A stretch of 64,000 bases of DNA, taken from the NCBI GenBank assembly GCA_015494465.1, contig WGBD01000002.1, forward strand, positions 131,683 through 195,682, given 5' to 3'. Position numbers and translations under genes: made by a program. Each line of letters begins with the position of its first letter. Position 1 is the first letter of the stretch. This DNA comes from Candidatus Omnitrophota bacterium (GTDB taxonomy: Bacteria; Omnitrophota; Gorgyraeia; S143-82). Below, piece by piece: positions 1 through 9,848 of this stretch. The notes below the pieces were generated by a model. It searched no databases and was not told where the DNA came from. It saw nothing but the letters and a program-made list of their open reading frames with translations.

Positions 1-20
1 TATCCCGTCATCAAAATCCC

Positions 21-96
21 TGGTGGGCCCACGAGGACTCGAACCTCGAACCAACTGATTATGAGTCAGCTGCTCTGCCGATTGAGCTATGGGCCC
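21..96 (-). tRNA. tRNA with CAT anticodon, most likely tRNA-Ile2 (lysidine-modified)
   Basis: Reverse complement GGGCCCATAGCTCAATCGGCAGAGCAGCTGACTCATAATCAGTTGGTTCGAGGTTCGAGTCCTCGTGGGCCCACCA folds as a cloverleaf with encoded CCA. The paired G1-C72 excludes initiator; the GGGCCC acceptor resembles Ile2. Confidence 0.9.
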
Positions 97-107
97 GGTG
101 AACTCTA

Positions 108-136
108 ATTTTACTCAAAACCGCCTTCTATATCAA
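108..136 (-). promoter_or_regulatory. sigma70-type promoter for the tRNA
   Basis: TTGATA-17 nt-TAAAAT on the minus strand just upstream of the tRNA. Confidence 0.6.
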
Positions 137-142
137 GCATTA

Positions 143-1303
143 TTACTTGCCCATCCCGATCCTTTGGGACATCTGGAAGAGCTTGCCTTCCGTCTGAATA
201 GAGGGGGCAATTATTATCTCGGTCAACTGCATCTCCCTTATGTTCCGTGCCCCCAGACTCCCCATAGAGGTCTTCAAGGCACCCACCAGGTTCTGGGAAC
301 CGTCGTCCACCCGGGCAGGACCGAAGAGTATCTCCTCAAGGCTTCCGCTTATGCCTACATATATCCTCGTCCCCCTAGGCAGGTTCTCGTGAGAGGTGGC
401 CATTCCCCAGTGATATCCCCTCCCTGGGGCCTCCTTTGCCCGGGCAAATGGGGATCCTATCATCACCGCATCCGCCCCGGATGCAAAGGCCTTACAGACA
501 TCCCCACCAGTGCGCATCCCACCGTCGGTGATGATGGGGACATACCTTCCGGTACGGCGATAGTAATAGTCCCTCGCAGCAGCGGTATCTATGGTAGCGG
601 TAACCTGGGGCACGCCTATACCTAGCACCCCCCGGGTGGTGCAGGCAGCACCCGGACCTATCCCCACCAGTATCGCGCTGGCGCCGACTTCCATTAGGGC
701 GAGTGCGGTCTTGTAGGTCACGCAGTTGCCTATTATCACCGGTATCTTCATCATCTTGCAGAACCTCTCAAGATCCACCGGTTTATAGGTAGAGGAGATG
801 TGCTTCACCGAGGTAACCGTGCCTTGGACCACGAATATGTCCGCACCTGCCTCCTCCGCTATGGGGCCAAACCTTTCCGCGTGCTGGGGAATACAACTGA
901 CCGCTGCTATGGCACCCTTTTCCTTTATCTCCTTTATGCGCTGGGCGATGAGGTTCTCCTTTATCGGCTCCCGATACATCTGCTGGATCAACTCGGTGGC
1001 CTCCTCGGGGGTGGCCTCGGCTATCTTGTCCAATATCTCGTCGGGATCGTGATAGCGGGTCTGGACTCCGTCCAGGTTGAGGACCGCCAGTCCCCCCAGC
1101 CTGCTCATCTCCACCGCAAACCGCACATTCACCACCCCGTCCATAGCCGAGGCTATGAAGGGGATCTTGAACTTGATGCCCCCCAATTCAAAGGAGACAT
1201 CTACATCCTCGGGGTTTATCGTGACCTCACCCGGGACCAACGCCACCTCGTCGAACCCATAACACCTTCTCGCCCGCCGACCTATACCAATCCACTCACC
1301 CAT
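143..1303 (-). CDS. guaB: GuaB3-type IMP dehydrogenase family protein (no CBS domains)
   Basis: [10 protein letters not shown] start, ASAMDGV, catalytic loop [25 protein letters not shown] motifs; 386 aa. Confidence 0.9.
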   Translation of the reverse strand: MGEWIGIGRRARRCYGFDEVALVPGEVTINPEDVDVSFELGGIKFKIPFIASAMDGVVNVRFAVEMSRLGGLAVLNLDGVQTRYHDPDEILDKIAEATPEEATELIQQMYREPIKENLIAQRIKEIKEKGAIAAVSCIPQHAERFGPIAEEAGADIFVVQGTVTSVKHISSTYKPVDLERFCKMMKIPVIIGNCVTYKTALALMEVGASAILVGIGPGAACTTRGVLGIGVPQVTATIDTAAARDYYYRRTGRYVPIITDGGMRTGGDVCKAFASGADAVMIGSPFARAKEAPGRGYHWGMATSHENLPRGTRIYVGISGSLEEILFGPARVDDGSQNLVGALKTSMGSLGARNIREMQLTEIIIAPSIQTEGKLFQMSQRIGMGK

Positions 1304-1343
1304 CGCAACCTCCCTGGTTAATGACGCGCAAAATTGTTTCTGA

Positions 1344-1373
1344 ATTATACCATCAAAGGTTGCAGTATTTCAA
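1344..1373 (-). promoter_or_regulatory. sigma70-type promoter upstream of guaB3
   Basis: TTGAAA-18 nt-TATAAT with extended -10 TG. Confidence 0.6.
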
Positions 1374-1404
1374 AACCAAGTATTTCCATCCACCTAACTG
1401 ACAT

Positions 1405-4044
1405 CTAATCCTTCACGAATCCCTCCAACTCTGCGGTCTCCCTGCTCAGGAACCGGGCTTTGCGCAGTTCCCTACACTGTGGGGTGAGACAAAACCACCT
1501 GAAAGGTGGTCTTCCCGCCCAGAGTCCAAACCTATCTCCATCCGCAAAGCCAAATATGTCTCGGTTGCCCTTTTCCCAGACTATCCCATCCTCCCCGTTC
1601 AAGCGCGTGCGCCGAAACCAGACTTTACTATCCGGAAGATCCCGGGCGGAGACGAAGTTCGGGGACTCGTAGTCCACCTCCGCAACTCCATCTCCCTTGA
1701 GGACCACCTTGTAGCGGTAATTCCTCCTGAGGTCGGGAGGGACATCTATGTACTCCAGACCCAAGTCCCTTGCTAAGGAGGGATCTGCCTTGAGGAGCTG
1801 CAGGTACAGGTACAACTCCTCCCAGGGAGACAGATCTCTGCCCGGAAGCAAACTCATCCCCGCAACCTTCGCCGGTTTGGGCTGAAAGCGAAAGGCACCT
1901 ATCAACTGCCACAGCCCGGAACTGTCCTGCCGATAGACCCTGACCTCCAGCGGTGAATCCGGGATCTTCCCCCTGGGCAACGGCCACAACAGCCTGACAG
2001 ACGAGCCCTGCGGTTGGCACAACAGAAATCCAGCAGTGCCCACCACCTCTTCCCCCATAGCGGTCAGGCGAAAGAGGCCCACATCCACGACCGCTCTCCT
2101 GCCGGTATCGGTCTCAATCAGCATCAGGTCACCAAAGGCCATACGGGTGATGCCCGCCTTCCTTACCGACCGCTTTCCATCCTCCACCTCAATCCATACC
2201 CTATATTGCTGGTGAGAGGTAAACTCTACCTCCCTTCCCCAGAGCCGGAGTTTGTGCCGTCTTTCCCTCTTACGGAGGAAGGACAACCTCCCCCGCAGCG
2301 AATCCCCTATCTCCACCTGAAAGGTCATGTCCACTTCTCTTCCAGCAACCCGAACCAGCCCCCTCTCCAACTGCCAGTACCCAAGCGGATCCTCGGGTAG
2401 GGCAGATGTCCCGAAGATCCTCTCCAGCCAATCCCCGGGAAGGGCCACCCTGCCCAGGCCCTTGCAGAGACCCTCCCTGCACTCCAGACTTCCTCCGAGA
2501 TCCCTCCCCCTCAACTGTAGGGTCAATCCCTTCTCGGTAAATACACCCCTCACCCCGCAAGGGATCTTCAGGTTTGTTCCCCTACACATCACCATCATCC
2601 GCCCTTCCAAGGCCAGCCTTCCACCACCAGCGATTAGACGCAGACCGTCCAACCTGACCCCGATCCTCTCCTCTCTCCCCAGACAGAACGCCTCGCCCTC
2701 CCCATCCTTACCGACGAAGACCAATCGGCCTTTTCCCACAGACCAATCCCCGGATAACGCCTCCCCTCCCACCCGCAAGGACTTACCCTCCATCTGGGCA
2801 TAAGGGACAAGTTCTCCGTGTACCTCCACACCCACGGCCCGAACCTCTCCCGCCCGGTAAGTAAACTTCCCCCTGACGCCTAACTGCCTCAAGCCCCGCA
2901 ACCTTCCCTCCCAAAGGAGATCCACCACCTCGCCGTCAAACTTGGCCTGCCTCATCTTCAGGTCCAATCCCTGCCAGCGCACTCGCCTATTCACCTCGAA
3001 GGGATCCGAGAATATGCGCCCGTCCCTCACCCGAACCTGCACCGACCTGCTGAGCCTTACCCTTTCCCCCCCTACTCTCACCTCTGCATCTCCTTCCAAA
3101 GTCCCCTCCACGGTCTCTCCGCTAATGTTAAGGCTCCCCTCCTCTACGGACAGGCCCAGGTCCCTTATGTACCCCGAATCGATGTCTACTACCAAGTCCC
3201 CATCCTCAAGGCAAAGATTACCCCGAAGGACACCACCTATACCCTCGAAGAACAAGACCACCTTGGCCTTAAAGGAATCCACCTTCAGGCCCTTAAACCC
3301 CAACTCCACCTCCTCTATCCTCATCCTGCCCTCAGGAAGCGGTATCTCCTTCTTTTCCGCAAACAGGTAGACCCCCCGCTTCCCCGGGACGAGGTTCTCC
3401 AGCCGGAGGATCACCTCCTTCCCTGCCAGTCTTATCCCCAACTCCCCATCGACTGGATCCATAGAGACGGTCCTCCCTATCCGCAGACGGGTCTTGAGGA
3501 AACGCCAGGAAATCGGTCCCCGAGAGCGCTCTTTCCTTCCTCCAAGGCGAACGCTTACACTCACCTGCCCGAAAGAAAACAGGGGAACCTGCCCGTCGAG
3601 GTCAACCGCCTCTTCTCGTGAGGTAGTGCTTACATCCAGTCCTAGTATCAACCTCGCCTTAACGACTGGGACCTCCAGATCCAGACTTCCGTTAAACACA
3701 TCTATTCGGACGCTATCTATAAGGAGTTCCGCGGACGGGGATAACTGGATCCGGATGGGACGAAGCAGGTAAAAGGCCTTAGCAACGGCGAATTCCCCTC
3801 TTCCCAGACGATACAGGCACAACCCCTCGGGCCTGAAGACCTTTTCTCCAAAGACGGTGGGCAGACAGAGGGCCTCCACTACGGAGACGACCTCACCCTG
3901 CTCCCACAAGGTCACCGGAGAATAGACCACACCCTTACCAAGGGGAAAGGATGCGGGAAACGGATAAAAAAAGGGCCCTGCAAACGCAGGGCCGGAGACA
4001 AACGAACCTATTATCAGAAACAGGGAGGCCAACCTCAAGACCAC
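1405..4044 (-). CDS. Large exported beta-rich hypothetical protein with a possible C-terminal FN3-like region
   Basis: 879-aa ORF starting 3 nt after the rplS stop; Sec signal ending AFA; G/V/L/R-rich amphipathic strands. Confidence 0.7.
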   Translation of the reverse strand: MVLRLASLFLIIGSFVSGPAFAGPFFYPFPASFPLGKGVVYSPVTLWEQGEVVSVVEALCLPTVFGEKVFRPEGLCLYRLGRGEFAVAKAFYLLRPIRIQLSPSAELLIDSVRIDVFNGSLDLEVPVVKARLILGLDVSTTSREEAVDLDGQVPLFSFGQVSVSVRLGGRKERSRGPISWRFLKTRLRIGRTVSMDPVDGELGIRLAGKEVILRLENLVPGKRGVYLFAEKKEIPLPEGRMRIEEVELGFKGLKVDSFKAKVVLFFEGIGGVLRGNLCLEDGDLVVDIDSGYIRDLGLSVEEGSLNISGETVEGTLEGDAEVRVGGERVRLSRSVQVRVRDGRIFSDPFEVNRRVRWQGLDLKMRQAKFDGEVVDLLWEGRLRGLRQLGVRGKFTYRAGEVRAVGVEVHGELVPYAQMEGKSLRVGGEALSGDWSVGKGRLVFVGKDGEGEAFCLGREERIGVRLDGLRLIAGGGRLALEGRMMVMCRGTNLKIPCGVRGVFTEKGLTLQLRGRDLGGSLECREGLCKGLGRVALPGDWLERIFGTSALPEDPLGYWQLERGLVRVAGREVDMTFQVEIGDSLRGRLSFLRKRERRHKLRLWGREVEFTSHQQYRVWIEVEDGKRSVRKAGITRMAFGDLMLIETDTGRRAVVDVGLFRLTAMGEEVVGTAGFLLCQPQGSSVRLLWPLPRGKIPDSPLEVRVYRQDSSGLWQLIGAFRFQPKPAKVAGMSLLPGRDLSPWEELYLYLQLLKADPSLARDLGLEYIDVPPDLRRNYRYKVVLKGDGVAEVDYESPNFVSARDLPDSKVWFRRTRLNGEDGIVWEKGNRDIFGFADGDRFGLWAGRPPFRWFCLTPQCRELRKARFLSRETAELEGFVKD

Positions 4045-4047
4045 GAA

Positions 4048-4401
4048 CTAATCTTGTCGTTCCTTTATCTTCGCAGCCTTACCGACTTTATCTCTTATGT
4101 AATACAACTTTGCCCGACGGACCTTTCCTTTTCTCTTGACCTTTATGTACTCCACATTAGGAGAGTGGATGGGGAAGGTAATCTCTACGCCTTCTCCGTG
4201 AGTGGTGCGACGGATCGTGACCGTTTCCCGCACCGATCCACCCTGTCGGGCGATAACCAATCCCTCTATGTTCTGTATCCGGGTCTTGTCTCCTTCGGTT
4301 ATCCTGTAACCAACCACTATGGTATCACCCGGACGGAACTCAGGCAGGTCCTTCTTGACCTGCTCCTGCTCCAGAGTCCTTATGTAATCAACGGTTACCA
4401 T
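4048..4401 (-). CDS. rplS: 50S ribosomal protein L19
   Basis: LPEFRPGDTI, EGDKTRIQ, GKVRRAKLYY motifs. Confidence 0.98.
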   Translation of the reverse strand: MVTVDYIRTLEQEQVKKDLPEFRPGDTIVVGYRITEGDKTRIQNIEGLVIARQGGSVRETVTIRRTTHGEGVEITFPIHSPNVEYIKVKRKGKVRRAKLYYIRDKVGKAAKIKERQD

Positions 4402-5095
4402 CTCTTATCCTCCTTTCCCACAGATCAGGTCTGACCCGTCTGGTCCTCTCTTCTGCCATCTTCCTGCGCCACTGCGCAACCAAGGCGTGATTACCGCTCA
4501 ACAGCGCAGGAGGCACGCTCAATCCCCGAAACCGCTCAGGCCGGGTGTAATGAGGGTACTCCAGCAAACCCTCTGAAAAGCTTTCCTCCTCCAGACTCCT
4601 TTCATCGCCCAAGACCCCTGGCAGAAGCCTCACCACTGCATCCAATACCGCCATCGCAGGGACCTCGCCTCCAGTCAATACATAATCACCTATGGAAATC
4701 TCCTCGTCAACCAAGGCAGAGACGACCCGTTCGTCTATCCCCTCGTAGTGCCCGCAGACGAGCACGAGGTGCTCTTTACCGGCCAGTTCCCTTGCCTTTT
4801 CCTGATCGAATCGCCTGCCCCCCGGAGAAAGGTTTATCACCCACGAAGAGGGGCTCTTCACCTGCTCTATCGCGGAAAAAAGGGGCTCGGGCCTTATCAC
4901 CATTCCCGGGCCTCCCCCAAAAGGGGGGGCGTCTACCTTGTACTGCTTGCTCCGGGAGAAGTCCCGTATGTCCCACACATTGATCCGCACCGCCCCTACC
5001 CGCTGGGCCTTCTCCAGCATAGAGACGGATAGAAATCCCTCAAATACGACCGGAAACAGGGTAAATATGTCAATGAACAGTCTTCGAGGGCTCAA
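4388..5095 (-). CDS. trmD: tRNA (guanine37-N1)-methyltransferase
   Basis: TLFP, PFGGGPGMV, CGHYEGIDER, SIGDYVLTGGE, LLEYPHYTRP motifs; start taken as the in-frame TTG at 5095 just after rpsP (inferred). Confidence 0.97.
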   Translation of the reverse strand: MSPRRLFIDIFTLFPVVFEGFLSVSMLEKAQRVGAVRINVWDIRDFSRSKQYKVDAPPFGGGPGMVIRPEPLFSAIEQVKSPSSWVINLSPGGRRFDQEKARELAGKEHLVLVCGHYEGIDERVVSALVDEEISIGDYVLTGGEVPAMAVLDAVVRLLPGVLGDERSLEEESFSEGLLEYPHYTRPERFRGLSVPPALLSGNHALVAQWRRKMAEERTRRVRPDLWERRIRDGNR

Positions 5096-5096
5096 A

Positions 5097-5384
5097 CTAT
5101 TGGGAACTACCCTCACCCTTGGAGGCAACCTCTGCCTTCTTGAGCTTTCGGGCCTTCTTTATCAGGCTCTTGACCGTATCCGTGGGCTGGGCACCCTTCT
5201 TGATCCAGTCCTCTATCCGGTCCAACTTCAGGTCAAAAAAGACCGGTTTCTTAGAAGGATCGTAATAGCCCAGCACCTCAAGGACCCTGCCTTCTCTACC
5301 CTCGCGGGCATCGCAGGCCACTATCAGGAAGTGATAACGATGCTTTACCGGCTTGCCAGGTTTCCTCAACCTTATCCTAACCAT
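5097..5384 (-). CDS. rpsP: 30S ribosomal protein S16
   Basis: MVRIRL, EVLGYYDP, WIKKGAQPTDTV motifs. Confidence 0.97.
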   Translation of the reverse strand: MVRIRLRKPGKPVKHRYHFLIVACDAREGREGRVLEVLGYYDPSKKPVFFDLKLDRIEDWIKKGAQPTDTVKSLIKKARKLKKAEVASKGEGSSQ

Positions 5385-5392
5385 CCTGCCTC

Positions 5393-6832
5393 CTACCTCC
5401 CTATGGATTCCGCAAACCTCACCGCCAAGATCTGGGCCCGTGCCTTATTCTGGGTCTCCAGGTACTCCAATTCGGGCACGGAGTCCGCTACTAAGCCCGC
5501 ACCCGCCTGTATGTAAGACTTGCCATTATAAAACACAATCGTCCTGATTGCAATACAAAGATCCATGTCCCCTTTGAAGTCCATATAGCCCACCGCACCC
5601 GCGTATATCCCCCGAGGGATGGGTTCCAATTCCTCTATTATCTCCATCGCCCTTATCTTCGGGGCGCCGGAGACCGTCCCCGCAGGGAAGGTGGCAGAGA
5701 GGACATCTATTGCGTCCTTACCAGCCCGCAACTGACCGTAGACCCGGGAGACGATGTGCATCACATGGGAGTAGTTCTCCACCTGCATAAAGTCCTTTAC
5801 CTTCACCGTCCCCGGGACGCACACCCGTCCCAGATCGTTTCTCCCCAGATCAACCAGCATAACATGCTCGGCCCGTTCCTTCTCGTCCCCAAGGAGTTCC
5901 TCCGCCAGACGGGCGTCCTCCTCCGCATCCCGTCCCCTACGCCTGGTTCCTGCTATAGGATGGGTCTCCACTCGGCCACCGCTGACCCGAACCAACATCT
6001 CGGGAGAAGAACCCACGAGGTGCAGTCTGTACTTCGGCAGGGAGAGGTAAAACATGTAAGGCGAGGGATTGAGTATCCTCAGGACCCGATACACATCAAA
6101 CGGTGAGGCGCTGGTCGTGAGTTCAAACCTCTGGGAGAGGACCACCTGTATGATCTCCCCGTCCCTTATGTAGGCCTTTGCCTTCTCCACCGCATCCATA
6201 AACCTCCTGCGGGAGAAACTGGACCTCACCCCCTTGAACTCACCCCGCACCTTCTTGCGGATCCGCCTTAGCTCCTCCCAGTCTATAGGCGAAAGGGTTC
6301 TGGCGGTCCTCCCCACCCCGGCAACCAAGGCCTCCAACTTCCGCCGGGCAGAGTCGTAGCTCTCTTCCAGGCGCCTTTTGTCTAACCCCGCGGTCGGCAC
6401 CCAGACCACAAACCTCACCCTCTGCTCTCGGTGATCGAACGCGGTCTGCACCCGAGGGAGGAAGAAGTAGACCTCCGGGAACTGGCTCTGGGCCTTTAAC
6501 TTCACCGGCTCAAAGAAGCGCACCACATCGTAGGCGACATACCCCACGAGGCCCAATTCCAGAGGATAGGCACCGTCCATGGGCGCAGGTTGCACCGATG
6601 CCAGGGCCCGCCTGAGGGCAGGGCGGGGATCCTCTCCAGAGATCACCACCTCCAACATGGGATCGGTTCCCAGAAAAGAATACCGGGCGATACCCTCCCC
6701 CTGCTCCACCGACTCAAATAGATAAGAAGGCCTGTTGCCTCTCCTGGCCAGTGAGAGAAAGACCTCTACCGGGGTGAAGATGTCCGAGGATACATCCTGC
6801 CAGACCGGAACGAAATTATGCCTGCGGGCCAA
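5393..6832 (-). CDS. trpE: Anthranilate synthase component I
   Basis: [61 protein letters not shown] motifs. Confidence 0.93.
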   Translation of the reverse strand: MARRHNFVPVWQDVSSDIFTPVEVFLSLARRGNRPSYLFESVEQGEGIARYSFLGTDPMLEVVISGEDPRPALRRALASVQPAPMDGAYPLELGLVGYVAYDVVRFFEPVKLKAQSQFPEVYFFLPRVQTAFDHREQRVRFVVWVPTAGLDKRRLEESYDSARRKLEALVAGVGRTARTLSPIDWEELRRIRKKVRGEFKGVRSSFSRRRFMDAVEKAKAYIRDGEIIQVVLSQRFELTTSASPFDVYRVLRILNPSPYMFYLSLPKYRLHLVGSSPEMLVRVSGGRVETHPIAGTRRRGRDAEEDARLAEELLGDEKERAEHVMLVDLGRNDLGRVCVPGTVKVKDFMQVENYSHVMHIVSRVYGQLRAGKDAIDVLSATFPAGTVSGAPKIRAMEIIEELEPIPRGIYAGAVGYMDFKGDMDLCIAIRTIVFYNGKSYIQAGAGLVADSVPELEYLETQNKARAQILAVRFAESIGR

Positions 6833-6883
6833 AGAGAGAAATCTGGATCTAGAGATAATAGATCTCTGGGTAGGAATAATCCA

Positions 6884-7447
6884 TCACTCCTTCCTGGTCA
6901 AGACCGAGATAAGGACCTTCACCGTGCTGTTGCGATAATCCCAGCTGTCCGGGATGATCGTGATGGATTCTATTTTACACACATACTTGCTGTTTTCAAG
7001 GGCGGAGATAAAGCGACCCAAGTCGTGATACCCTCCTGTACCTATGAAGAGTATCTGGGAGAAGCTCAGGTTGCGGAGCTTTCTGTCTTTGACTGGCACG
7101 GACTCCTTTGGAACTATCTGCTTCAGCTCCAGCCCGCTGTCCTTGGCCATGTTGGCGATGTCCTCCATGAGGAACGGCAGGTCAAACTCCGGCACGATCC
7201 GCTCTTCTATGGCGGATATCTTGTCTTTGAGTCTCTTTATGTAGACCAAGAGCTCCTCGTCCTTGACCTTGGCCCGGCTCTGTTTCAACCGGTTGTATAT
7301 CCTGTGGAACTTCTCGCTCTTTTCGGAGTAACTGGTCCACAAAGGTTGGACCACGAGGAAGTAATTAGCCACCGCAATGACCGCCCCCAGGGCCAAGGAC
7401 AGGCCCAGGACCTTTGCAGTATCGGGATCGATCGCCTTCATACTCAT
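6884..7447 (-). CDS. pilO: Type IV pilus inner-membrane protein PilO
   Basis: Single N-terminal TM, coiled coil, GGYHDLGRFISALEN motif; follows pilM-pilN. Confidence 0.8.
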   Translation of the reverse strand: MSMKAIDPDTAKVLGLSLALGAVIAVANYFLVVQPLWTSYSEKSEKFHRIYNRLKQSRAKVKDEELLVYIKRLKDKISAIEERIVPEFDLPFLMEDIANMAKDSGLELKQIVPKESVPVKDRKLRNLSFSQILFIGTGGYHDLGRFISALENSKYVCKIESITIIPDSWDYRNSTVKVLISVLTRKE

Positions 7448-8010
7448 TTCTTCTCCGCCAGTGTAAAGACAAGATAAAAGTCCTGCACCTCAGTCGACCC
7501 TATCTTCCTCTGGGTGATGCGCTTGCTAGTCACCGACTTGAAGGACTTCGATATCACCTCGTGCTGGTTCAGGCAGGAGATAAACCTACCCGTAAGACCC
7601 CTTCCCCCTTCCTTGCTGTAAAAGGAGCCCTGTATCACGAGGGTACCCTCCGCCTTATCCATGTCGAACTTGGTAAACCAGCCGGTCTGGGGCAGGCAGT
7701 CGCTTATCACATTCATCACCTCACCCCAGGATACCTTCCTCTTTACCAGCTTCTGGTACTTCCTGAGCCGATCCTCCAACTTCCTCTGCTGTTCCCTCTG
7801 GGGGTAGAGGGTCTTCTCCTTGTTGGTTATCATCTTGATGTCTGCATCCCGCCACATCACCATGATCAACAATACCAGGTCCAGGGCCAAACTCAATACG
7901 AGGAACAAGAGGGGTAAACTGAAGAAGTTGAAGGTAAGCCAAACCGGCAGGCGCACCGTCTTGACCGCGCGCAGTTCTTCAGGTAAGAGGTTGAGTTTTA
8001 TAACTCTCAT
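7444..8010 (-). CDS. pilN: Type IV pilus protein PilN
   Basis: IKLNLLPEE N-terminal PilM-binding motif, TM, coiled coil; ATGA overlap with pilM. Confidence 0.85.
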   Translation of the reverse strand: MRVIKLNLLPEELRAVKTVRLPVWLTFNFFSLPLLFLVLSLALDLVLLIMVMWRDADIKMITNKEKTLYPQREQQRKLEDRLRKYQKLVKRKVSWGEVMNVISDCLPQTGWFTKFDMDKAEGTLVIQGSFYSKEGGRGLTGRFISCLNQHEVISKSFKSVTSKRITQRKIGSTEVQDFYLVFTLAEKK

Positions 8011-9005
8011 ACTATCGTCGCTCCCAAACAAGCGTGGATCATGTCCTGCCTAAACTCCAGGGAATTCTTATCTATGCCCTTACCTATCTCAAACCTCTCC
8101 AACGCAGACCAACCCAGCACCGGTACACCGACGGACTTCTCCAGGTACTCCCGCAGGCCTGGGGTCCTGCTACCCCCACCGCTGATGAATATCTTTGAGA
8201 CCTTACCTAAGGACTGATGCCCGGTGTACTCCATAGAGACCTTTATCTCCTCCGCAAAGCGATAGAAGATCGGCTCCAGGGCGCTCTTGACCTCTGCCTC
8301 CCGCTCCCCAGGATTGCACTTTATTAGTTCCGCCTCTTCGCCGTTGAGGTGGAGAACATCCTCCAAGTGTTCGGTGAACAGATCCCCACCTATGTTTATC
8401 TCCCGGATAACGAACGGGATCCCTTGAGAGACCACGACGAATTCCGTGAAACTGGCACCCACATCCAGGAGCACCACCGTCTTAGAAGGATCGTCTAGTC
8501 TCATAAAGTTAAAGAGGTTAACCAAACAAAGCCCGGCTAACTCTGCAGAGGTCAGTCCAAATCCCGCATCGAGGAAAGGGGCTACCAACTCCTCGATAGC
8601 AGATCTCCTCACCCCAGCCAAGGCCACTAAGGTCTCGGTATCTCTCTCTTCCAAGACCTTGAAGTCCACCACCCTTTCCTCCGGAGGGAAGGGCACATAC
8701 ACCTCTTCCTCGTAGCGGATGGCCTTCTCCAACTCCACCTCGTCCATCCTAGGCAAATCGAGTAACCTGTAGATGGACTGTATCCCGTGGATCACCAGCA
8801 CGATCTGGGAACGCTTGGTATCCAACTTAGGTTGGACCTTGGCGAGAAACTCCTTCAGCTGATCCTGCCCGGAGAGCTTCTCGTAAAAGAAGGCCTCAAT
8901 GATCGGTGCTCGCTTTGCCCCGCGATTCTTGACCTGGGCCACCTTAATGCTCTTGCCGCTGGGGTCTATAGATATGATACGCTTGTCCCTCGAGAAAAAC
9001 GGCAA
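8007..9005 (-). CDS. pilM: Type IV pilus assembly protein PilM (actin-like)
   Basis: ISIDPSGKSIK, LLDVGAS, IGGDLFT, ISGGGS actin-fold motifs. Confidence 0.9.
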   Translation of the reverse strand: MPFFSRDKRIISIDPSGKSIKVAQVKNRGAKRAPIIEAFFYEKLSGQDQLKEFLAKVQPKLDTKRSQIVLVIHGIQSIYRLLDLPRMDEVELEKAIRYEEEVYVPFPPEERVVDFKVLEERDTETLVALAGVRRSAIEELVAPFLDAGFGLTSAELAGLCLVNLFNFMRLDDPSKTVVLLDVGASFTEFVVVSQGIPFVIREINIGGDLFTEHLEDVLHLNGEEAELIKCNPGEREAEVKSALEPIFYRFAEEIKVSMEYTGHQSLGKVSKIFISGGGSRTPGLREYLEKSVGVPVLGWSALERFEIGKGIDKNSLEFRQDMIHACLGATIV

Positions 9006-9017
9006 ATTCGCGCCCCC

Positions 9018-9848
9018 CTATTTCGTTCTGATTGCCACCTGAAAAACATACTGCGAAGAATCCAGCTCGTATCTAACTCGTATTTTATCATCATCCCGAT
9101 AAAAATTCAAAGAGGAAATCCCAGACACCAAAGACCTAGCAGTCCCAGCAGGCCTCTTGACGAAGATCGTCTCGCCATTGAGGTATATCTCCCAGGGGGA
9201 ATTGGAAAATTCCCTGTCCCCAGAAACCGAATCACAGGTGTAAAACCTTACCAGGCTACCGTCGCTGGAGATCTCTATGGCGTGACTGTCGTCCTCGCAG
9301 GCATCCAGCAGATAACGATAGATCGCGAGGTTGACCCGCTTACTGCGTTCCAGACGGGAGAGCCTGTCCTCAACCGCACGGTATATCGGAGAGATCACTC
9401 TCATAAGGCTTCCGGTCATAAGGACCACTACCGTAAATATCGATATAGCTATTAGCAATTCGACGACGGTGAATCCCTTGCTTAGGTTCTTTAACCCCTT
9501 CAGATAACCCAAGGCCATCAACAGACCCACGCCCAGGAGGAAAAGGACGCCCAACATCAAACGAAGTCTCAAAGACACCTGCGAAGGAGAGGCAGTAGTA
9601 TCCTGCGCATTTGCCCGTTGAGAGGTTTCCTTCCTTTCCCGGAGATTCTCCCGTCGAGGGGAGGGGGTTAGCTTGTAAGAGTGCCTACCTATACGCACTA
9701 CCCGCCTCTTCTCCGAAGGCCCTTCTACCTTAGTCTTTGGCTTCAAGAGACTGCGCTCCTTCACCGCCTTGTCCTGGGGCACGAATCCCAGGCAGAGTAC
9801 TGCCGATACCAAACAAGAGGCCAGGACTAGAGCTCTTTCCACGACCAT
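9018..9848 (-). CDS. Minor pilin (PilW-like) with an unusually long N-terminal leader
   Basis: Class III motif KG/FTVVELLIAISIF at residues 125-130, preceded by two hydrophobic segments; true start uncertain. Confidence 0.7.
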   Translation of the reverse strand: MVVERALVLASCLVSAVLCLGFVPQDKAVKERSLLKPKTKVEGPSEKRRVVRIGRHSYKLTPSPRRENLRERKETSQRANAQDTTASPSQVSLRLRLMLGVLFLLGVGLLMALGYLKGLKNLSKGFTVVELLIAISIFTVVVLMTGSLMRVISPIYRAVEDRLSRLERSKRVNLAIYRYLLDACEDDSHAIEISSDGSLVRFYTCDSVSGDREFSNSPWEIYLNGETIFVKRPAGTARSLVSGISSLNFYRDDDKIRVRYELDSSQYVFQVAIRTK

